Shown: in pieces, positions 37,829 through 49,199 of the stretch
How positions within the stretch are numbered: position 1 is the first letter of the stretch
Layout: each line of letters begins with the position of its first letter
Assembly (NCBI GenBank): GCA_030390025.1
Contig: CM059433.1
Coordinates: 10,232,001-10,296,000 of the forward strand
Source: Squalus acanthias
Taxonomy: Eukaryota
Length of the DNA stretch: 64,000 nucleotides
Direction of reading: 5' to 3'
Translations under genes and position numbers: made by a program
The notes under the pieces: model-generated
Seen by the model: only the letters and a program-made list of their open reading frames with translations
Databases searched by the model: none
What the model was told of the DNA's origin: nothing

Positions 37829-38669
37829 AAAGTGCAAAGAGAAAAGTAAAATAAAGTGACTCATAAAAATAAGTATTACCTTGACAGATCCATGAAAACA
37901 GAGAGCATGCACCCCCGAGAAGTATTTGTGGAACTCTTGAAACCTCTCGATGGGGTGCCTTTGAAAATGTTTAGTTGTGGAATGGACCAAGACTGAGGCA
38001 TTTTAGCTAACAGTGTTCTGTGCATGCAAAGGAGTGATGCTGTGCTGCCTTAATTGTTCTTGTCATAATCTGTGAAAGAAATCTCCACTCCAATCAGTCA
38101 ATAGCTCAGTTAGCAAAGGCTGTGTGTATTTCAACCATACAAACCAGAAGGTCCCAGGTTTGATTCCTGCTCTGTGCTAAGTTAGCTGATCTCAGCTGGG
38201 GTGGAAAAGACCAGGGCCAGGGAGGAGAGAATCAGCCAGACTTCCCTCTCTTGTTGGCTATCTAGGGATCCCTGCTGGAACATGTCCGTGTGTGGTCATG
38301 GGGTGAGGATTATGATGCTCCTCGCTCGGTTGCATAGCCTGCTGACGCTTGCTGTCTCGGCTAACACGTGAAGAAAGGCCACTTGTCGAGACACCTGAGG
38401 GCACTCAGGTATCTCGACACCAGCAAGGAGCCAGTGATTTGAGGAAAGGAGGGGGTAAAAAATAAATCCTGTTTCATCTTCTCCCCTCTGTTCTGGTGTA
38501 ACAGAGGGACAAAACTGATAACATTTGCTTTCAATCACAATGTCATCCAATGTTTCCATGTAATTTGATAAGAGTTATCATCTTATCAGAATCTAATTGT
38601 TCAGTAAATACACCACTAGCATGAAAAACACACAGACATAGGTAGAAAATATTTATTTTGTATTTGTTC

Positions 38670-41017
38670 TTGTGATGTGGGCGTCGCTGGCAAGGCCAGC
38701 ATTTATTGCCCATCCCTAATTGCCCTTGAGAAGGTGGTGGTGAGCGACCTTCTTGAACCACTGCAGTCCGTGTGGTGAAGGTACTCCCACAGTGCTATTA
38801 GGGAGGGAATTCCAGGATTTTGACCCAGCGACGATGAAGGATCGGCGATATACTTCCAAGTCAGGATGGTGTGTAACTTGGAGGGGAACTTGGAGGTGGT
38901 GATGTTCCCATGCGCCTGCTGCCTTTGTCCTTCTAGGCGGTAGAGGTCGCGGGTTTGGGAGGTGCTGCTGAAGAAGCCTTGGCGAGTTGCTGCAGTGCAT
39001 CTTGTAGATGGTGCACACTGCAGCCACGGTACGCCGGTGGTGGAGGGAGTGAATGTTTAAGGTGGTGGATGGGGTGCCAATCAAGTGGGCTGCTTTGTTC
39101 TGAATGGTTTCGAGCTTCTTGACTGTTGTTGGAGCTGCATTCATCCAGGCAAGTGGATTGGATTTGTCCTGCTTTTTGTGGACAGGACATACCTGGGCAG
39201 TTTTCCACATTGTCGGATAGATGTCAGTGTTGTAGCTGTAATGGAGCAGCTTGGCTAGAGGCACAGCTAGTTCTGGAGCACAGGTTTTCAGCACAACAGC
39301 CGGGATGTTGTCGGGGCCCATAGCCTTTTCTGTATCCAGTGCGCTCAGCCGTTTCTTTATATCACGTGGAGTGAATTGAATTGGCTGAAGACTGGCTTCT
39401 GTGATGGTGGGGACCTCAGGAGGAGGCCGATATGGATCATACACTTGGCACTTCTGGCTGAAGATGGTTGAAAAAGCTTCAGCCTTGTCTTTTGCACTCA
39501 CGTGCTGGGCTCCACCAGCATTGAGGATGAGGATATTCAGGAAGCCTCCTCCTCCCGTTAGTTGTTTAATGGTCCACAACCATTTATGACTGGATGTGGC
39601 AGGACTGCAGAGCTTTGATCTGATCCGTTGATTGTGGGATCGCTTATCCCAGTCTAGAGCATGCTGCTTCCGCTGTTTAGCATGCATGTAGTCCTGTGTT
39701 GCAGCTTCCCCAGGTTGGCACCTCATTTTTAGGTACACCTGGTGCTGCTCCTGGCATGATCTTCTGCACTCCTTATTGAACCAGGGTTGGTCCCCTGGCT
39801 TGATGATAATGGTAGAGTGAGGGATATGTGAGACCATGAGGTTACAGATTGTGGTGGAATACAATTCTGCTGCTGATGGCCCACAGCGCCTCATGGATGC
39901 CCAGTTTTGAGCTGCTAGATCTGTTCTGAATCTATCCCATTTAGCACAGTGTTAGTGCCACACAATGGAGGGTGTCCTCAGTGTGAAGATGGGACTTTGT
40001 CTCCACAATGACTGTGCAGTGGTCACTGCTACCAATGCTGTCATGGACAGATGCATCTGCAACAGGTAGATTGGTGAGGATGAGGTTTTTCCCTCATGTT
40101 GGTTCTCTCACCACCTGTCGCAGGCTCAGACTGGCAGCTATGTCCTTCAGGACTCGGCCAGCTCAGTCAGTAGTGGTGCTACTGAGTCACAAGTCCCCCA
40201 CCCAGAGTACATTCTTTGCCCTTGCTACTTCTCAGTGCTTCTTCCAAGTGGTGTTCAACATGGAGGAGTACTGATTCATCAGCTGAGGGAGGGCGGTAGG
40301 TGGTAATCAGCAGGAGGTTTCCTTGCCCATGCTTGACCTGAAGCCATGAGACTTCATGGGGTCCGGAGTCAAAGCTGAGGAGTCCCAGGGCCACTCCTTC
40401 CTGACTGTATACCACTGTGCCGCCACCCCTGGTGGGTCTGTCCTGCCGGTGGGACAGGACATACCCAGGGATGGTGATGGAGGAGTTTGGGACATTGGCT
40501 GAAAGGTATGATTCTATGAGTATGACTATGTCAGGCTGTGGGACAGCTCTCCCAATTTTGGTACAAGTTCCCAGATGTTGGTGAGGAAGACTTTGCAGGG
40601 TCGACTGGGCTGGGTGTGCCGTTGTCGTGTCCGTAGCTGGTGCCGGGTGGTCCCTCTGGTTTTATTCCTATTATTGTTTCTTGTAGCGGTTTGTTAGAAC
40701 CGAGTGGCTTGCTCGGCCATTTCAGAGGGGCAGTTAAGAGTCAACCACATTGCTGTGGGTCTGGAGTCACATATAGACCAGACCGGGTAAGGACAGCAGA
40801 TTTCCTTCCCTAAAGGACATTAGTGAACCAAATGGGTTTTTTACAACAATCCGATAGTTTCACGGTCACCATTACTGATACTAGCTTTTTATTCCAGATT
40901 TATTTAATTAACTGAATTTAAATTCCCCAGCTGCCGTGGTGGGATTTGAACTCACGTCTCTGGATCATTAGTCCAGTACCGTCTGGATTAACTAGTAACA
41001 TAACCACTATGCTACCC
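38670..41017 (-). mobile_element. Family-B LINE, internally deleted, with a tRNA-SINE-like 5' head
   Basis: From the 5' end: A/B boxes, then APE endonuclease remnants (NIW.LVPK..., PDIVIL.ESYL, PGY....RQDR..RGGG..VY, YRPPS). ORF 38716..39894 then joins CPVHKKQDKSNP directly to LAWMNAA. The 3' tail is complete. Confidence 0.85.
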
Positions 41018-42705
41018 TTCATGTTACCTTTAGTTAACATGAGGAATACTCCTTCTTCAGGTCATCTAATTTTGGACTTGTGTCAACTCAGTGACTCCTC
41101 ATTGGCTGTATGTTCCAATTCTCTACAGTTTGACTCTTATTAATCTGACAATGAATGGGATGGCAACAAGTATTATTCGCTCATTACAGCTGCTGTATCT
41201 AACCTTGGCTGCCATTTAAGTATAATGTGACGAGCCGAATTACATCAGTGCTGCCGTAAACATATTTCCATTTGAGATACATCAAAAAATATATTTTTTA
41301 TATTCAGCCGGTTCTAGTAGAATGAAATGTACAATATATTGCTAGCTGAAGATGGAAAAGCAAAGTTTGTGCAATCATTCTATCTATCCATAAGAGTGGC
41401 TCGGAAACAAATGTTTCTCAGCTGCTAATAAGCAGAGCTGCCTTTCCAAGCTTGTTGCAATAGTTCAGAAATAGCCTCATTATTTCATTTTTCTGTTTCA
41501 CTTCCAGCAAGGTACTGGTCTGCTTAGGTTTACAATACTCATGTGAAACCATTCACACAAATATGGTTGACATCTATGACCCCCTTGGATAGGCATTTCT
41601 ACCAATGCAAAATAATGGTCAATCATGTTCATACATAGCAATGTAATGTCATTGACAATGATCCTCGTTGCTTACTTTGGACATTTTCTTCAAATTAGAC
41701 ATACTTCCCTCTAAGAACAGGGGGTCATGAAGACTGTTGACCTCCCATGTGATTGTCTCCCAAGTGTCCTGGACCCAATGTTTAATGGTTCAGTCCATTC
41801 CTCTGTTCCTTTATGCTGTCCACAATAGTCTGATGGGGCTCATCAGTGCAGCAGGCCTTTCTACGCCTTACTCCCACCGTCAGCGCTCCAACTTGTTCTC
41901 TCCACAGTTGGATTGACTGAGCGTTATTTATAGTGTTCACACGCCTAAGATGAGGATTAATGGGTGATACAGCACGTGTGGCCTGGAAATTCTGCAAGGA
42001 TTCTCCTTAACTCCTGCCATAACTTTGTCGGAGATCGGCAGAAGCCCAGGGAAATGGTGCTACGGCGGGAGATCAGGAGAGCCCCTGTGGAACATCTGGG
42101 CCCATATTTCCAGATTATTCCTGATTGACTGCTCAGTCGTGCATTCGATGTCTCACATCCAATCTCCAAGAGTACTCTACAAATAATCCAAATGGTTTCA
42201 TGCGCAGCCAGTTAATGTCCGTCTGTTTAAAGGATATCTATAAAAGGAACTCTGTGCCACTGTCGATCCTATTTGACATTTGTGAGTGTCTTTTTCAATT
42301 TTTCCCCCTTTTCTCCTCTTAACTCTCCTCCCCTGAAGATGGTCAGTCATACTGCAATATAGTTTCATAGTCACTGCGGTACTTTGCCAAAGTGCCCATT
42401 CTTCACTTGAAATGGAGCAATATAGGCGTTGGCAGGCTATTGACTGGTGAGAGAGGGTATCAAAGTTGAGCCTGCTCCTGTCTTCACCCAACCTTTACAC
42501 ACACGTATACTTTCCAGTGGGGTTAGGAATCCTGGCCGCTTTTTCCCCTTCTTATGCCAGGGATAGCGAGCTGCTGCTCTGGCTGAGATCAGCGAACTGA
42601 GCACGGACCAGTATTAACTCTGCAACCTTCTGCCAGGTCTGAAAGGCTCAGGGGAGCTCCTTGCAAGCCTCTGTTAAATAAATTCTGGAACAGTGGGAAC
42701 GCAAT

Positions 42706-42847
42706 GGGGTAGATCTTGACTTTGTGCGACAGTGTAAAGCAGGTGATAGCGAGTTGGCAGCTCGTTTTCCGGAGATGTGATGTAAAACGGGTTTGCCGAC
42801 TTTCTATCACCCGTTTTAAACTATCGCAGAAAATCAAGATCTGCCCC
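42706..42847. mobile_element. Short hairpin MITE
   Basis: GGGGTAGATCTTGA...TCAAGATCTGCCCC, largely palindromic. A related left end is at ~13568. Confidence 0.7.
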
Positions 42848-43563
42848 CCATGTGCGCTGGAGCACCAATGGAGAGTGGTGGAACACGGCTTCAATCCCTG
42901 TCTCCGCTGACCTCTTATCTCAGCCGTATTCCTATAGCCAGGCAAAAAAGCAGAGATCAGGCGCATCTGCACAGAGGTAATGAGAGGAAAAAGTGGGAGT
43001 TGAAAGAATAACCATCAGCGTAATGAGGGTAACGTGCAAATTCTTCTCCCGCGCCCTCCCCCCGCCAGCCCCCGCCCCCCCCCCCCACCCCTCAAGAAAA
43101 AGTCTGGAACATTAGGAGGCGTGAAATTGTCCATTTTGGCAGGAAGAATAAAAAAGCATATTATCTAAATGGTGAGAGATTGCAGAGCTCTGCGATGCAG
43201 AGGGATCTGGGTGTCCTAGTGCATGAATCGCAAAAGGTTAGTATGCAGGTAAAGCAAGTACAGGAAACTATTTATTAACCGGCACCGACGGGACCGGCGT
43301 GGTGCCGGTTTATCGAAAGTACCGGATAACGGAGAGTTATATCTACCGAGGCTATTTTTAACAAAGAAAAATAAATAAATCAAGAAATGTGCAGTATACA
43401 GTATTTGGGTACTCACCTACAGAATGTTGTGTTAAATGGATAGTGGAAGATACTTGATTAAGTACAGTACTGCCAGTTGAGGGTAATCCATAACTCTTTA
43501 ATTACTTAACAGTAAAACAAAACTTATAAACGACTGTCTACAGTACTGTAGTTGACTGTACAC

Positions 43564-45330
43564 TTATTCCGAGTCATCTGGTTCATCAGAAATATCCGTG
43601 CCAGCTGGGTCATCAGGATCACGCAGTTCCACCGATGCCACAGATTCTTCAGGCACTTCCGCTGCTGCGACTCTTTTGGAAGCTTTCTTAAACATGTTGC
43701 GGATGTCGGTTTGCTTAGTGGACTCTTGCCTTTTCTGTAGAAAGGTGGAATGCAGAATATGGAGTTGCATAACTTCTTCTGCAGAGTAGCAATTCTGCCT
43801 TTCAGCAAATTTGAGGATTGTAGAAAATCCTTCTGCAGCTTTAGCCCAAGAAATCTTCTCTTCTTCAGAAATCTCATCCTCTTCACTTTCCATCTCGCTT
43901 TCCTTTTCTTTCTTTGGATTCAAAACATTCTCAATTATTTCATCATCATTTAGCATATGCACAACACCAACTTCTCTATCTGCATCAACCCACTGCTCGA
44001 TATCACTTTCACTGAGGTGACGTAGAGGGTTTGCTGGGCCTGCATTTTTCACCATTCCAGCCATTTCCATTATTGTACTCTTCTTGGGACGAACACTGAA
44101 CCCATGAAATTCCTCCTCTGAAGAAGAACCTTCAGCAAACATTATAGAAGGCCACAATTTGCACCAGGCTTGCCTCAGAGTGTGACCTTTCACCAATTTC
44201 CAGGAACAGGCAACATTATAGATGGCATCTTTAATATTGTATTCCTTCTGCAATTCTTGAATATTGTCATCTTGGCTTATCAGTTTACGTAGGAAGTCTT
44301 TCTTGTAATGACACTTCAGATTTTGGATAACGCCCTGGTCCATGGGTTGGATGAGAGAAGTTACATTTGGTGGCAAATAAATGGTGAAAATATTTCCCGA
44401 AACCAACTGGGATTCATGCGGATGGGCTCTGCAATTATCAAGCAATAAAATGCATTTGCTATCTTCAGGTTTCCCTATTTTGCAGAAATGTTCCCTCACA
44501 GATGGAACAAAAATATGATGGAACCAATCGGAGAAGATTTCCTTATCCATCCAAGCATTTTTTTGAGCTTTGTACTCAACAGGTAAGTGCCTCACATTTT
44601 TAAATGCACGAGGATTTTTATACTTCCCGATAACAAGAAGTTTAACCCGGTGTGATCCAGCAGCGTTCGCACATGTTAGCACGGTTACACGATCTTTATT
44701 TTTCTTGTAACCTGAAGCATTAGCCTCACTAGCCCCAGCAAGCGTTGATTCTGGCAAAAACCTCCAAAACAAGCCAGTTTCATCGGCATTGTATATCTGT
44801 GCTGGCAACAAATCATGTTGCTGCACAATCCGATTGAAATAATCGCAGTATTCTTCTGCGGCGTCGTGATCAGCTGATTTCTTCTCCCCGGAAATATCGA
44901 GTCGTCGTAACCCGTGCCGTAACTTGAAGCACGTTAGCCATCCATCGGAGAAAGCACACTTGTCAGTGAGCTCCATCCTTTCGTAGAAATCCTTTGCTTT
45001 CTCGATTAGCATGGGTCCGGAAATTGGAACACCCTCTGAACGCTTAAGAGAAAACCATTCATAAAGCACGGTATCCAGCTCTTCAAGCTTAGGCTTACGA
45101 AGCATACGCCGTTTCTCTACACTCTTAGATGTCTCCGAGCTTGAATAAAACTTGAGCAGCTTATCCTTCTGCGATTTGATGTCGTAGATTGTTGACGAAC
45201 CGATTTTGAATTCATTCATAATGTTGATACGCTTCTCTCCCCTTTCTAGTCGTTGGCATATCTCGATTTTCTGTTTTAAAGTTAAGACCACTCTCTTCCT
45301 TTTGCTTGGACCAGCTTTTGGGAATTCCAT
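43564..45330 (-). CDS. pogo/Tigger transposase (CENP-B-type HTH + DDE_1, DD32D), Jerky-like, 588 aa
   Basis: Uninterrupted ORF from ATG 45330. It has the [12 protein letters not shown] and [12 protein letters not shown]...FSDGWL..FK.RHG HTH regions and the catalytic motifs [12 protein letters not shown] and IQPMDQG, with 32 residues between the last two Asp. Confidence 0.95.
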   Translation of the reverse strand: MEFPKAGPSKRKRVVLTLKQKIEICQRLERGEKRINIMNEFKIGSSTIYDIKSQKDKLLKFYSSSETSKSVEKRRMLRKPKLEELDTVLYEWFSLKRSEGVPISGPMLIEKAKDFYERMELTDKCAFSDGWLTCFKLRHGLRRLDISGEKKSADHDAAEEYCDYFNRIVQQHDLLPAQIYNADETGLFWRFLPESTLAGASEANASGYKKNKDRVTVLTCANAAGSHRVKLLVIGKYKNPRAFKNVRHLPVEYKAQKNAWMDKEIFSDWFHHIFVPSVREHFCKIGKPEDSKCILLLDNCRAHPHESQLVSGNIFTIYLPPNVTSLIQPMDQGVIQNLKCHYKKDFLRKLISQDDNIQELQKEYNIKDAIYNVACSWKLVKGHTLRQAWCKLWPSIMFAEGSSSEEEFHGFSVRPKKSTIMEMAGMVKNAGPANPLRHLSESDIEQWVDADREVGVVHMLNDDEIIENVLNPKKEKESEMESEEDEISEEEKISWAKAAEGFSTILKFAERQNCYSAEEVMQLHILHSTFLQKRQESTKQTDIRNMFKKASKRVAAAEVPEESVASVELRDPDDPAGTDISDEPDDSE

Positions 45331-45369
45331 AATGCAAGATGGAGGAGATAATTGCCGATGAAGATGGAA

Positions 45370-45560
45370 AGACACACAGAACAATGGTGGCTAGGAAGAG
45401 ACTACCAGCAGCGTGGCAGACACACAGTAAAATGGTGTATCAGAAGAGACTACAGTACCAGCAGCATGGGAGACACACAGCAAAATGGTGTATCAGAAGA
45501 GACTACCAGCATCGTGGGAGACACCCAGCAAAATGGCCGATCAGAAGAGACTCCAGGCAG
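45370..45560. repeat. ~48-bp tandem repeat (3-4 copies) upstream of the transposase
   Basis: Unit gaagagactaccagca(g/t)cgtgg(c/g)agacac(a/c)cag(t/c)aaaatgg(tgt/ccg)atca. Confidence 0.85.
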
Positions 45561-45660
45561 CGCGGGAGAATCTACTCCTGCTACTGCAATGTTTCGGACT
45601 TCCGACAGCGCCAGGAGGCCGAGTAGTGGCACTTTTGAAAAGTACCCCTACTGACTAAAT

Positions 45661-45795
45661 CGGCGTTCGCGGACTCGGACTCGGGATCGGCAACATTGCC
45701 GGTTATTTGAGAGGCGTTTTCGGAGTTCTCGGCGTTCGCGGAGACTCGACTGCGACTCGGCAACATTGCCGGTTATTTGAGAGGAGTTTTCGGAG
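45661..45795. repeat. ~70-bp subterminal direct repeat (2 copies) in the pogo element
   Basis: cggcgttcgcgga...tcggcaacattgccggttatttgagagg(c/a)gttttcggag occurs twice. Confidence 0.85.
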
Positions 45796-47004
45796 GATGA
45801 TTTTTGCCGGTTAAGCGAGAATTCCGGATATTTGGGTGCCGGATAAACGAAAGTTTCCTGTAATTAGGAAAGCTAATAGAAAGTTATCGTTTACTGCGAG
45901 GGGAATTGAATACAAAAATAGGGAGGTTATGCTTCAGTTATACAGGGCATTGGTGAGACCACATCTGGAGTACTGTGTACAGTATTGGTCTCCTTATTTA
46001 CGGAGGATGTAAATGCGTTGGAAGCAGTTCAGAGAAGGTGTACTAGACTAATACCTGGAATGCGCGGGTTGTCTTATGAGGAAAGGTTGGACAGGCTAGG
46101 CTTGTATCCGCTGGAGTTTAGAAGAGTAAGAGGTGACTTGATTGAAACATATAAGATCCTGAGGGGTCTTGACAGGGTGGATGTGGAGAGGATGTTTCCT
46201 CTTGTGGGAGAATCTAGAACTAGGGGTCACTGTTTAAAAATAAGGGGTCGCCCATTTAAGACAGAGATGAGGAGAAATGTTTTCTCACAGAGGGTCGTGA
46301 GTCTTTGGAACTCTCTTCCTCAGAGGGCGGTAGAAGCAGAGTCTTTGAATATTTTTAAGGCAGAGGTAGATAGATTCTTGATAAACAAGGGGGGTGAAAG
46401 GTTATCGGGGGTAGGCAGGAATGTGGAGTAATCGGATCAGCCATGATCTTATTGAATGGCGGAGCAGGCTCGAGGGGCCGAGTGGCCGACTCCTGCTCCT
46501 AATTCGTATGTTGGTATGTAACACTGTCAACCTATACAAAGCGATTTTCTGGATCTCGGTGGTGCACTTGAAATAAAAAGGAATAACAGCAAATGCTGCA
46601 AGCATGGAATAAAAACTACTGCTGTTGACTCTTTCAATGGAATTTCACTCTTGCAAATGTTTTATTTTGATATCGCAAGTGGGAAATAGCAGTCCTGCGA
46701 GCTGTGAAATTACCAGTCATGCTCAAAAAATAAAATATTTTACGAGGACACTCCTGAGTTCCTGCATCTTGTTTACAGTAAGGCACCAGTGATTGATTTG
46801 GTGATTGATTTCAGGATTCTGAACTATGTAAAGGCGACTGTACATTGTTAGGCAGGCAGTTTTTAGGAGTGGAAAAGTGCAAATGCAAACTAAGTTATAG
46901 ACAGTATTAATTGTTGCTAATATTTCAGTCAATGTGCTCGAGGTTGGTAAATATCACTGTCAACCAGTAGGTATAATCTCTGTAAGTGAAGTTCTGTTTA
47001 TATG

Positions 47005-47415
47005 CTTCCCTGATGGACCTTGTGGGTAAAGACATTGACCAGTATAGCACTCGGGCATGCAGTGAAGTTTCAAAGCTCAATTCAGGTCAATGTTGAGTTA
47101 CCCGATCTCAACAGGGGCAAATGTTAGGGCTCTACAATTAGGCTCAGTAATCCGGGACTAGAAAGGGGAAAATTAGCCAGCGTTCCCAATCCCGAGGTTA
47201 TCCAGCGACTTTTGTTGGAATGTGTGTGCGTGTGGATATTGGACAAGAGCAGGATGGAGCTTGGCCACGATGCCCTCCATGTTTGAGCAGCTTGCTGATG
47301 CACTGTCCAAATTCACACCTGAGGGAAGGTCACTTGGACAGGGTACTAGAGGCCTGATGGCACCTCCGGCATTATTTCCCACAAAAATCAGCACCTTCGG
47401 GAGAGGAGGGGGCAG
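47005..47415 (+). mobile_element. Old unnamed SINE-like family copy
   Basis: Colinear similarity to 31241-31645. Confidence 0.55.
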
Positions 47416-47616
47416 AAAGGGGTAGAACAATGGCCAAAAAACAATTCTACTTATTGACATGTTTTACAAATAAGACTCTGTGAACACCATTGAGCTGTTT
47501 GGTACATGTCTACTATCTAGTCGGAGATGAGTGCCTCATTTTGGGACCTTTGACCATTTTTCCACAGAAAGGATTAGAAAATAAATTACTATAATGTGTT
47601 TTTAGCAAAATGTAGC

Positions 47617-47965
47617 CCCAGGTGGGCAGAGGAAACGCTTCAAGGACACCCTCAAAGCCTCCTTGAAAAAGTGTAACATCCCCACCGACACCTGGGAATC
47701 CCTGGCCCAAGACCGCACAAAGTGGAGGAGAAGCATCCGGGAAGGCGCCGAACACCTCGAGTCTCTTCGCCGGGAGCAAGCAGAAGCCAAGCGCAAGCAG
47801 CGCAAGGAGCACACGTCAACCCAAGCACCCCGCCCACCTGCTCCTTCAACCACCGTCTGTGACAGAGACTGTAGGTCCCGCATTGGACTCATCAGTCACC
47901 TGAGAACTCATTTTTAATGTGGAAGCAAGTCATCCTCGGTTCCGAGGGACTGCTTAAGAAGAGAA
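47617..47965 (+). mobile_element. RTE-clade LINE 3' fragment
   Basis: Reads GGQRKRFKDTLKASLKKCNI..DTWESLAQDRTKWRR.I...CDRDCRSRIGLISHLRTH. Confidence 0.85.
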
Positions 47966-48121
47966 GATTCTCACAAGTTCAAACAAAATGGCATCTCGAT
48001 GAACATGGTTAATATGCTAAATGGAAGTTGTTCTCCCCAGAAACTAAACAGTAAACAATTCTTCAGCTTGTCTAGATAATTGAAAAAAACACTTCAGACC
48101 CATTATGTTGGAAAGTCCTTT

Positions 48122-48794
48122 GGGGGGAAAATTGGGTTGCTTTGCGCCTCCCGTTAGTGCCCTAAGAGGGCGCTAACGGGACGCAAAGCAACTAGCGCCC
48201 GGGCGCGGCGCCGCCCACGCCTCCCTCGAAATTCAACGGGAGGTTAGCAGTGCCGCCCTGCAGCGCTGCGCCACCGGCGATTACATCATCGCCGTGTGCA
48301 GCACCCCGCTCGCGCCCCGGCCGTGATCTTCAGGAGCGCCCCCTGACATACCGCCGGACACTATGTCCGACGGGGTCAGGGGGGGCCTACCTGTGGCCGA
48401 GGAGGCACAATTTAAAGGCGAGGTGCGGGCCCGCCATTTTTGTTGCTGGCCGCCTGCCAGCACCTACCTGCGCTCCCATCCCCAGCCTCCTGAACTGCCC
48501 CCCCCCCGGGGAGTGCTGGCTGCGCTCCAAGAGCCCAGCACTTCTCTTGCCGGCTTTTTTGCCGGCACTCCTGATCCCCGGGTCCCCAGCTTGGCCCGGG
48601 TCACGCTGCGTGAGGCCCCTCCCCTTTAAGAAGGGGAGGAATGCCTGCAATACCGCGGCGCGGATATTGACTCACAGCGCCCCGCTTCCCTCTTGGGGCG
48701 TAACCACTCAAGGTCCGGCGCGGGGGGGCGATAATTTTTCCGGGGCGCTAAAAGTCGCGCCCCGGCGACGTTAGCACTACTCAATTTTTAGCCC
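48122..48794. mobile_element. Non-autonomous Harbinger (MITE) related to the 2374-6541 element
   Basis: The left ~90 bp (ttgcgcctcccgttagtgccctaagagggcgctaa..cgcaaagc..ctagcg.ccgggcgc) is nearly the same as 2394-2458. The termini are GGGGGGAAAATTG and the reverse complement GGGCTAAAAATTG. No clean TSD is visible. Confidence 0.82.
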
Positions 48795-49199
48795 AAGCTC
48801 CCTGTCTGATTGTGGAGAGAGAGAGAGTTAGGGACACGGGCAGAGGGAGGCTTCTTGAACAGACAGGCAGCAACAGCAGTGAGGCTTTTAAAAGAGAGAG
48901 CTGCGAAAATTTTAGGGAAGCTTAGAATGTCAGAAATGCTGGAGGAAAAGTTAGAAGACATCTAGTTTAAGTCAAGTAAGATGTGGGAAAGCATGGCATG
49001 TTTTCTTATCATTACGCAAAGATAAGTTGTACTGATTAAACCAAGTAAATCTGATCATAACAGCTGCTTTGTATGTTCACTCGCTGTGAAATAAAGCAGC
49101 TCAGCAATTACAATCAAACCCACAAAATTAAGATATTTAGGCCACTTGCAGAGGCAACTGCCACTGAACCCAAGAAGGTATCTACAGCAGATCCAAATT

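Larger units (their letters stand above)
43261..45860 (-). mobile_element. Full-length pogo/Tigger DNA transposon of JRK-like lineage, 2600 bp
   Basis: 26-bp TIRs are CAGGAAACTATTTATTAACCGGCACC and the reverse complement CAGGAAACTTTCGTTTATCCGGCACC (21/26). The TA TSD is at 43259-43260 and 45861-45862. Confidence 0.95.
43117..46520 (+). mobile_element. CR1 LINE 3' fragment interrupted by the pogo/Tigger element
   Basis: Reads EIVHFGRKN...QRDLGVLVHESQKVSMQVKQV|IRKANR..SF..RGIEYK in one frame once 43261-45860 and one TA are removed. It continues into ORF 45985..46431 and the CR1 tail. Confidence 0.92.

Noticed and set aside
43564..45384. Calling this the host JRK, JRKL or TIGD gene
   Set aside because: It has TIRs and a TA TSD, is inserted in a CR1 fragment, and shows CpG decay. 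It is a transposon copy, so no gene symbol is assigned.
48250..48774. GC-rich ORFs or CpG-island promoter
   Set aside because: They lie wholly within the non-autonomous Harbinger MITE, and the ORFs reflect high GC content.
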